Shown in pieces: positions 54,401 through 64,000 of a DNA stretch of 64,000 nt. The translations under genes and the position numbers were made by a program. The stretch comes from Raja brachyura. Lineage: Eukaryota. The stretch spans positions 14,942,001 through 15,006,000 of the forward strand of contig OY740821.1 in the NCBI GenBank assembly GCA_963514005.1. Reading direction: 5' to 3'. The stretch's first letter is position 1. The number at the start of each line of letters is the position of its first letter. Below the pieces are notes generated by a model, which ran no database searches, was not told the origin of the DNA, and saw only the letters and a list, made by a program, of their open reading frames with translations.

Positions 54401-54914
54401 CATTTTCAAAACCAAATGAACAAAGCAAATTTATAGAAACGAGGAACAGCAGATGCCGGCTTACAAAGAAAGACAAAATGCTGGAGTAGCTCAGTGGCTC
54501 AGGCAACATCAATGGAGAACATGGACGGGTGACATTTTGGGTCAGAATGATTGTAGTGGGGAGGAGGGGGGGGGGGGGAGGCGAGGAAGTGAAAAGAAAG
54601 CTGGAAGAGATGAGGATCAGGACAAAGTCTGGTGCGAGGGGGTTCTGATAGGCAAATGGTTAGATAAAGGCCAGAGATTTAAAATAAAACTGAAGGTGGT
54701 GTGAGACAAAAGGATTGAAGAGTTGTGAATTGTGTAGTTAGTGGAAGGAATGCAAGTGGAAGGGTGAATTATGGAGAGAAGCAAATTTATATTTACATTC
54801 TGTGCCTCGGTTGTTATTGTGGGCTCATTATCATATCCACATGCATCTGCACTGTGACTCAATGGCTGTGTCATTGTGCACAGTGCAACACCTGGTTAGT
54901 CCTGGCGTTAGACC

Positions 54915-55880
54915 ACAAGACAAGGGATCGGAATTTGGTCCATCGAGTTGAGTCTGCCATGCAGCTCATCTATTTTTCCCCTCTCAACCTCATTCTCTCA
55001 TCTTCTCAAAGTGACCTTTGACGCACTTACTAATCAAGAATCTATCAATCTCTGCTTTACAAATACCCAATGTCTTGGGCTCCACAGCCACTGGTGGCAA
55101 CAAATCCCACAGATTCACCACCCCCTGGCAAAAGAAATTCCTCCTTATCTCCATTCTAAAAGGCATGTCCTTTTTTCCCTCAATGGTTTCTTTATTATCA
55201 CATGTACCAGGACACAGTAAAATATTTGTGCATATAGGTCAGCAAGGCTATGCCCTCTGGTTCCAGACTCTCCCATTACTGGAAACATGCTTTCCACATC
55301 CATTCTATCTAGGGCTTTCATTATCCAGTAGGTCTCAATGAGATCCTCCTCCTCCCCCATAAGACATAGCGTTCAGCCCACTGAGTCCACGTCAACATTC
55401 AAGCATGACGGATCTATTTTTCCTTCTCAACCCCATTCTCCTGCCTTCTCCCTGTAACCTTTGACACCCTTCATAATCGAAAACATATCAATCTCCGCCT
55501 TAAAAATACCCAATATCTTAGCCTCCATAGCCATCTGTGGCAATGAATTCCACAGATTCACCACCCTCTGGCTAAAGAAATTCCTCCTCATCTCCATTTT
55601 GAAGGTCCGTCCTTTTAGTCTGATTTCCTTCAAAATTCTAATCTCCAGCAAGGTCAAGCCCAGAGTCATCACACACTCCTCTTACGTTAACGCAATCATC
55701 CCCGTGATTAATCTTGTAAACTTCCTCGGGACCCTCTCCAACACCGGCACATCCTTCCTCAGAAACGAGGCTGTAAATCTGCTCACATATTCTCAAATGT
55801 GGCCTCACCAGCACCTTCTAAACACTCAGCATTATATCCTTGCTTTCATATTCTAGTCCCCTCATAATGAATGTTAGCAT
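54915..55880 (-). mobile_element. Two tandem CR1 3' fragments
   Basis: Peptides DLIETY.IMKALDRMD.ESMFP..GES.TRGHSL and EMRRNFFSQRVVNLWNSLPQ, typical of the CR1 ORF2 C-terminus. Confidence 0.75.
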
Positions 55881-58504
55881 TGCACGCACACACTTCCTCC
55901 TTTTGCTGGGGCAAAATCCTGCTGACGTTTATCAGCACCATGTTAAAAAAAAAAAAATAGAACAGTCATTCATTCATGGTCTGCGCTACTTCCAAAGAAA
56001 AGTGCCCACCACCACCCTTGCAAAGGGCAATCCAGCACAAGAAATAAATGTCATCAACATTTACAACTGGGTCATGAAGTGAAAGTTAAACATGTCATTC
56101 TAAGTTGCATTTGCAAACACTCAATGCAAAGGTGCTCGGCACCTTTTTACAGTATTGCTCATATATGCAAATTTTTCCCAGCAGCCTGCCATTTATTTTG
56201 ACAGGCAAATACACCATCAGTACCATTTTTTAAACCCATCACCCATTCCAAGCAAACTTGAACCATGAATTAAAACAAATGAAGATAGACACAAAAAGCT
56301 GGAGTAACTCAGCATCTCTGGAGAGAAGGAATGGGTGGCATTTCAGGTCAGAACCCAAAACATCACCCATTCCTTATCTCCAGAGATGCTGCCAATCCCG
56401 CAGAGTTACTACAGTATTTTGTGTCTATCTTATGTGTAAACCAGCATCTGCAGTTCCTTCCTACACAATTAAAACAAATGATCCAGCCAGGTACCCAGGA
56501 GCTGAAACCCCAGACATACCTGGACTTTGAAAACGTCTGATGGATGTTCCAGAATTCTTCAGAGTACGGTTGTGTCGTTTTGATTTTCAGTCGTGCTCAA
56601 TTCCAAAACAGAGCTCACCAATGTTCAATTTTGGTTTCTATAGAACAATGCACCATAGGTACAGGATAAAAGGAAAGAAACTGAGAGAAAAAGAGGACTA
56701 TTTGCACTACTTCTCAATGACAAGAGCCGACACACCAAGCATATTGAGGAAGTGCTGCACTGAGTTAATGGGATGATAAAGCAAAGCTTAGACTGCCCTC
56801 TCAGGTGATCTCTAATAATTCTATGGCACTATTTTTGAAAAATGGAGGAATTATCGGCGGTATCCTGGCTAATATTTATCTCCAAATCAAAAACATATTT
56901 GCTTGATGGGAGCATGGTATGCTTAAAACTGGCTGCATTTCCCACATTTAGAGAAAATTGGCAAGAGCTGAAAAAGTTTGGGAAGTACAAGGTTGTAAAA
57001 GATACTCATAAATGTTGGTTCTTTTTGAGCTGTAGAATTCAATACCACAGTTAATCATTGAAAAACGTTATCCCTATTACATTGGATAGGTGGATGACAG
57101 TGATGAAGGGGAAAAATAGCAGCAATTATAACTACCTGTTTGGACAAGGGTAAATGCCAAGGCAGTAGTTGCTTTGAATGGAAGATAAACACAAGCTGGA
57201 GCAACTCAGCAGGTCAGGCAGCATCTCTGGATAAAAGGAATAGGTACTGTTGCAGGTCGAGACCCTTCTTCAGATTGTCATCACGTGTTCTTTGGCTGCC
57301 GAGGGAACAGAAGAGGAGCTGAAAATATATCAAAGCAAGGAGTCAAACTCAGTTTCATTCTTTCCTTACCCATCTTGCTGGAGTCTAGTTGCACAGGCAA
57401 CATTTGACTTCAGTGGTTGACCTACATGGGAACTTGGAATATGCTGGCCTGCTATTCAATTGGAATATCACCAGACCCAAGCCAACACAAAACTCCCTCA
57501 ACCACATATATTTTCCAGGTGTGGTTCAAATAGGGTTCAGGCCGATTACCCAAAAGGGCTTGCAGTTAAATGTCATGGCTCATGAGATAAAAGTCTTGGA
57601 TAGAGCAGGAACCAAGCTTTGGATATTCCTGGTCTTTAAAGTTCAGCAGGTAATGCACACATGTTAACTTTGGGTCAATTGGTAGTATTTATTTTTCCAT
57701 GAAAGCAGTGGGTTCAAACCTCATTCCGTATAGCGATAAAGTGTAGTGTGTCATTTGACTATATTTGAAGGAATGGTGCACTGTGATGTAGCGAAATGCT
57801 TTCCATAATCTGGGACTGGCAACACACTACTTGATGGTTCATTTATTTGAAAAGCTAAGATCCACGGAGGCTTTAGTAATCCTATCTTTCAGGAGATTAA
57901 ATATTGCGTTAAAAAACATCCAGTTACTTTGCTGCACTGAAGTATTTGTTGAGAACAAGAACACACACACAGAACATAATTAGTGCTCTTCCTCAGCTCC
58001 CATCCCAGTGCCCATTTAAATAGTTTCCAAGTCATTTTCTGCAAGATCTTCCACTATTGGCTGGTTACAGATTTGATGGTACAGTCAAGGTGAACTTGGG
58101 CAAGCACCATTACACAACACGTCAGATATTCTTCTTGCAGGACAGAACCATGGAAAATCCAAAATGGTAGAATACACAACCATCTTTGGAGATGCAATAA
58201 AGACCATCTCCTGACACAAGTCATCGAGAATAGACTAAGTTAAACTAACAGCCTATCCTGGATTACTTGAATCAGGCAATAGCCAGACCCCAATTTCAAA
58301 ATAATCCAGCTCATCACTGGTTGAAAATTAATGCTGTAAATTATTATTAATTAAATTTTTTTTTTTTTTTTTTTAATTTAAAAGGACTCCTGGAGTAAAA
58401 CAGTCCAGCCATTCCCTCAAAGACAGATGCAAAATAGTATTTAGAAATACTATTTTGACAGGAATCCGTAGTTTTAACATATACTAGACCAACATGCACA
58501 CACA

Positions 58505-58665
58505 GGTGGGAGAGGGGGTAGGGGGAGATGGGGTTGTCGAGGGAAGGGAGACCGCTGGGTCCCGGTCCCTCAACGTTCGGGGGGAGGGGGCTGCGCGGGG
58601 GGGGGGGGGGGGGGGAGGGGAGAGGGGAAGGAGAGGGAAAGGGGAGAGGGAGGAGAGGGGCGGTC
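58505..58665. repeat. G/purine-rich low-complexity tract
   Basis: Long G homopolymer and GGGA runs; G-quadruplex potential on the + strand. Confidence 0.7.
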
Positions 58666-59587
58666 TGTATGGAGATGGATTTGCCAACTGCTACAGGGCT
58701 GCATCTTCTACTGGGTGGGTATGTAGCATTTCCCTATTCGTCTCACCCAGTCCACTAGAGCCCCAACAATCAGGGGGCAGGTTCAAGCCAGGCAGAGCTG
58801 GGTGCACAGAGCAGACTCACTTACCAAGCTAATCTCGCTTGCTCGCACTCCCATCCCATGGCTGTTTCTGTGATCCTCTCTCACATACCATTCTCGTTCA
58901 TTTTCAAGTTACAAACAGTTCTCAGGAAAGGAATCCTTTTGTAATCCAGGGACTGCCTGTGTTGTGAAGAGAGACCTCTCTGGGGAAAGACAGATGAATT
59001 CTGCTTCAAAATGTTACAATTCCTTTTAGTGATACTTTAGCTTGCTACTTGGGCAAAGTACCAGTCTTTAAAAGCTGGTCAATACCATCAGAGCATGAAA
59101 GAATAATGAAGATGGTGAGTAAGAGAAAGGTGTACTTGCCAAAAGATGTGCCACTTTCTTTTGAGGTAACCGGTCGTCAAAACCTTGCAGCAACTGGCTG
59201 GCATTCCAAGTGCAGCAGCAACAGAAAAGAGCACCAAAGGTATTCATGCCATGAGATTTGGTCGCCAACAGGTTGCATTTGAAGTCTGCACATAACCAAT
59301 AAGGTAGCTTGAAAAATCCTGCAATTAAAAAAAGTAAAGTACCTTCCATGTCTTTGGAGAGTAACACATACAAATTATGGACCATCAACACATACAAATA
59401 AATTTGAAATGGCTATAAAGTATCAATTCAATGAACTTTATTTTTCCGTTAGGAACTTTGGTTTCAAAGTGCACCTTGAGATATCTGGAAACTACAAAAA
59501 AAACGATTCTTACAATATGTTTTTGGGACAGAGGACAACAGCTATCTCCCAAGAATCCCATCTGTCAAATTAACAACCAGTTAAAAA

Positions 59588-60640
59588 TAGGTATGTTACA
59601 AAACTTACCTTTAGCGACACTGCAGTTCTGCCACTGCCCGTGTGCGCGACTTTGGTGCCTTTGTGAGGGGGGGGGGGGCGGGTTTAAAATGCCATTTACT
59701 CCAGCCTGTTCAAATCGATTAATCTCATGGGGATTTAGTTGCTGAAGAGAAATCGCTCCGACATTTGTTTTATGGAGGTATTTTTAAAACTGCGCTGAAT
59801 AATGTATTAGCAGGAATGAATTAAGAATCATCTTCTAAAGCCGTGAACGGCGACAACAGGACGGATCTTACGTAGGGGACAAAAGAAGGTGCACAGTTTA
59901 TTTTTACATAAAAACGTGATTCTTAGGAAGCCTTTAATTAAAATTTCATGTTGCGAAAAGGTGACTTAAAAAATATACGAACCGGCAGTATTTTTCCTGC
60001 CGACTGTGGGTTAAATTCACCGCAAACCACAACGTTCCAAACGATCACGTTCCACAAAAACCCACTCGCAAGTTGATTTAAATGGCCATTAATTTACGGG
60101 AATTAAACACTAAATTCCTTCAATTTGGCCTATAAATTCATGACAATGAGATTTAAAAATCATGTTATATTATGAATTCTTGTGTGAATGTTATTTGGAC
60201 ACTTAGGCTTTTTAAAAATGTTAACCTTTTCTGAAGAAATGGATAGATGTTTAGATCTAGTAATTGAATTTTGTAATTAGCTACAATTAGGTAACTAACT
60301 AATTATATGCTTTAATTTCAGGTCATCCAAGTAAGATTGTTTCATATTTGTTTCAGAATGCTTCAATCTATAATAACTGAAAGTTTCATTCAGTTCTCTT
60401 AAATTTTAAGAAAGTTATGGGCTTTTGACTGTCCTCGATCACAGCTTTTGTGTTAAGTCAATGGAAAAGCAATAGGGAACAAGATGCTAATTTCCGAGTA
60501 TGAAAATGGCCATAACATTTTTAATACTGAAGATATGAAAGTGAATTAGGTGTCAAATTAAACTTCTTTTTATGCTTTATCTGATGGGATAAATTGCAGA
60601 CTTGATTTTTTTTTTATCTCAAAATTTTGTAACATTGCTA
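59588..60640. mobile_element. Putative non-autonomous DNA transposon of about 1.05 kb
   Basis: Imperfect TIRs TAGGTATGTTACAAAA (59588-59603) and TTTTGTAACATTGCTA (60625-60640); TTAAAA in both flanks; no transposase ORF. Confidence 0.55.
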
Positions 60641-61502
60641 TTAAAAGAGTCTCCTAAAAACCCACATGTAACTCACATGTCAAACCATCCCACCCACACC
60701 GTTTGACTGGCTCGTCTTTTATCCCAGAGAAGTTTGTTTTTTTTTAAATCCACACTTTGTAGTTACACCATCCTTAATACCGACTCATCCCTTTGTAACA
60801 GTCCTTCTTCCTGCTGCCGCCCACTTACATTGACAAGTGCTCCAGTTCTATTATATCAATCAGTTGCTGTTACAGCTAGAGTCCACCAGAGAGTGCATTA
60901 GATAGAGGACTGAAACCCTTGTTTTATTCACACACAGAACTAAAGCCAGAAAGAATTGCAGCTGCTTACAATCTCAGGGTCTGATTACATCAAATCCAGC
61001 TTTTCTGCTTCAAGAATCCTATTTCACCACTTAAAATGTAATCAAAGTCCAGAAATTATAATGGAAATAAACTGTATGATCAAAACCAGTTATTAATCCA
61101 ATGTGGAGTCGCACTTCATGAGCAGTGCTCCAGATTGCAACCAAGAAGAAAATTAATGTTTATTTTCTAAGGGCGATTCCTTTGGCATCTGACTCAAGTG
61201 CCATTTTGCTTTTTTCAAAAACAAAACCCAGTAGATTTATAAAAGACTGCAGAGCACATTTCTCCAGTTTTGAGAATATAAATAACCAATTTATTTTGGT
61301 TAGAATAGCCAAACTTTTTTTTAATTACATCCAGTAGCGATCTTGGGAACACTTTAGGGTGAAGCTCCAAAAGAAAATTATTGTGGGCACAGGATTGTAA
61401 ATTTCAGAAGTCTAAACACATCTGCAACTCATGTTAAGAAAACTGTGCACTCTTAAAATACAGTGGCCCAATCAAACAAATTGTTCGAGATAGCCGACCT
61501 AC

Positions 61503-61600
61503 CAGTCTGAAGAAGTGTCTCCACCCGAAACGTCACCCATTCCTTTTCTCTTGAGATGCTGTCTGATCTGACGAGTTCCTCCAGCTTTTTGTGTCTATCT
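61503..61600 (+). mobile_element. Penelope-derived short element
   Basis: CAGTCTGAAGAAGTGTCTCCACCCGAAACGTCACCC followed by the family sequence. Confidence 0.7.
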
Positions 61601-63149
61601 TTAGCAATTTGATGAATGTTCGTCTCCTTCCTACGAATTGTGCTCAAATAAATTCATCCACTCTTAGCTCTCAAATCGCACAATGTAGCATGGAATTAAA
61701 TTTGGCAACCAATTTGGGATGGTTGCAACAGGCTCATACGTTGGCACACATTAGATTTGCCAAAGATTAAATTTGGTATTTCCCCTATTTACCCACTGGA
61801 GTTATCATGATGTTACACAGAGTCTTTGAAACATGCACTGAGGAATGCCAGGTGTTGAAAAATCCCTAGTCTATACACAAACCAACCAAACAGTTGGGTA
61901 ATACGAGGATACAGTAAGCATCTATGGAGTGGATGCCACTTAATGACTGATTTCAATTGTTAAAGTTGATGACAGTCAATAATAAACACCCAAACTATAA
62001 ACAGTAAATTGAGGACCTAGTTTATAAATTTCCTCTGAATAAGGCGCACTGTACTCACTTAATCCAGTCTTGGCTTGCTTCCATTTTGAAAAGCTTTTCA
62101 GAAACATAAATTTATAAAATAGTGGCTGCAAACCCAGCCTGTTCATACACCAGAATCAAACAGTCAAAAAGTAGAATTCATCCAAATGACTTTGCTCACC
62201 CCTGGCTCCCTTGCTGCCAAACAACAGACTGACAATCCACGGTAAATGAAGCAATGTTTCTGCTGGCCAGGCTCATCGGTTAAACTTGGACTGATGGACT
62301 TTGGCTCTATGAAGAAGTGTTTATGCCAGAACTCCGCTGCCAGTATCATTTACCTAGCAAATATTATTCCAGGGTTGACTTTGGATAAAAGCTTGATTAT
62401 CAAGGAAGGAAGGCCTATATTAATGAGAATTCATCACCAGATTCAGATAGATCTTGATTGGGGCTATTTCAATCTCAAGCAGTTACTGGGATTGGAGAAT
62501 TACAGAGTTATGCAGATCTTATGAGAAAAGATAGTTGTCTCATCACTCATTTATAACATTTCTAGATCTCTGTTAGAACTGCAACCCAATCCACACCTCT
62601 CAATCAATGTTGATTCAGCTATTGAATCAATTTCAAAACGTCTCTTTCAAAAAAAAAAAAAAATCATTTTATGGCTTCAATAAAGTATTTGTAAGCTTCC
62701 CAAATTGCTCCAATTTTCTAAGAACTGCACAAAATTTAAAAAATGCAATAAATGCTCAGGTCAGGTCACATCTGTGAAGAGAGAGAGGGAACTGATCTTT
62801 TAGATCATGACTTCATTAACCAAAAACATTAATTATTTCTCTCTTCAGATACTACCTGGACTGCTGGGTATTTTCAGCATTCACTTTTTAATTACAGATT
62901 TCCCACAGCTACAATTTGTGTTTCCAATAACCTGTTGGCTTAACATCTTGCCCAAGGCTGTGCCTTCAACAGCCTACGAACAGAACCAAAATACTGGTGC
63001 AGAACATAACTAAAATTCAGGCCTAGTGTAATCTGGGAAGCAAACCTGGGGCATTATTAGCCCTACAAATCAATACCACAGATGAAAGTGTATTTAGTGA
63101 ACAAGCCATTCAGCTGGCAAACCATCAATAGCATTATTGGGTCTCTTCT

Positions 63150-63990
63150 ATACCCCGTGACTCTGCTCTCTCTCTCCCCATCCCCCCAACTCGTAACAAG
63201 GGCAGAGTCCCCCTTATCCTCACCTTCCACCCTACCAGCCGTCATTTACAACAAATAATCCTCCGTCATTTTCGCCACCTCCAACGTGACCCCACCACTT
63301 GCCACATCTTCCCATCTCCTCCCGTCTGCTTTCTGCAGAGACCGCTCCCTCCGTAACTCCCTGCTCAATTTGTCCCTTCCCACCTGTACTACCCCCTCTC
63401 CTGGCACCTTCCTTTGCAACCACAAGCAATGCTACACTTGTCGCTTTACCTCCCACCCTTGACTCCATTCAAGGACCCAAGCAGTCCTTCCAGGACCGAC
63501 AGAGGTTCACCTGCATCTCCTCCAAATTCATCTATTGCATCCGCTGCTCTAGATGTCAGCTGCTCTACATCGGTGAGACCAAGCATAGGCTTGGCGATCG
63601 CTTCGCCGAACACCTCCGCTCGGTTCACAATAACCAACCTGATCTCCTGGTGGCTCAGCACTTCAACTCCCCCTCCCGAATCTGACCTTTCTGTCCTGGG
63701 CCTCCTCCAAGGCCAGAGTGAGAACCACTGCAAGTGGGAGGAGCAGCACCTCATATTTTTGCTTGGGCAGTTTACACCCCAGCAGTATGAACATTGACTT
63801 CTCTAATTTCAGGTAGTCCTTACTATCTCCTCCCTTTCTCAGCTCTCCCTCAGCCCTCACCTCTTCCTTTCTTGTTCCCCCACCCTCACATCAGTCTGAA
63901 GAAGGGTTTCGGCCCAAAACGTTGCCCATTTCCTTCGCTCCATAGATGCTGCCTCACCCACTGAGTTTCTCCATCATTTTTGTCTACCAT
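63150..63990 (+). mobile_element. Penelope-like retroelement 3' portion (GIY-YIG endonuclease plus terminal segment), frameshifted
   Basis: RVPLILTFHP...IILRHF linker, then FTCISSKFIYCIRCSRCQLLYIGETKHRLGDRFAEH...VAQHFN (GIY-YIG with Cys motif, ORF 63299-63685); 3' terminal segment 63893-63990 with CTGAAGAAGGGTTTCGGCCCAAAACGTTG. Confidence 0.9.
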
Positions 63991-64000
63991 CAATAACATT

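Noticed and set aside
60650-64000. CTDSP2 or miR-26 expected beyond AVIL
   Set aside because: No matching exon or hairpin was recognised inside the window.

Overview
Vertebrate genomic DNA, most likely an elasmobranch (skate or ray), judged from HE1/V-SINE-like, CR1, Rex1 and Penelope-derived repeats. It holds the METTL1/CYP27B1/EEF1AKMT3/TSFM/AVIL syntenic block: the last coding exon of METTL1 (+), a complete 9-exon CYP27B1 (+, 499 aa), a CpG-rich promoter followed by one intact EEF1AKMT3 coding exon whose downstream exons are missing or decayed (+), a complete 6-exon TSFM (+, about 319 aa) and a complete 19-coding-exon advillin gene (-, 817 aa). Exons were assembled by hand from GT-AG boundaries and reading-frame continuity. 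Main points of interest: (1) roughly 20 short dispersed elements match the terminal segment of a Penelope-like GIY-YIG retroelement at the window end and carry a minimal hammerhead-ribozyme motif (CUGAAGA-stem-GAAACGUC), several with 10-15 bp target-site duplications; (2) the orphan EEF1AKMT3 exon is splice-phase compatible with TSFM exon 2; (3) METTL1-CYP27B1 is inverted relative to the human order; (4) a 147-nt near-perfect hairpin lies between the convergent TSFM and AVIL 3' ends; (5) a CpG-rich degenerate tandem array with four TGCATGCA sites lies in the probable AVIL 3' UTR. Gene and family names come from recalled sequence similarity; no database search was run.
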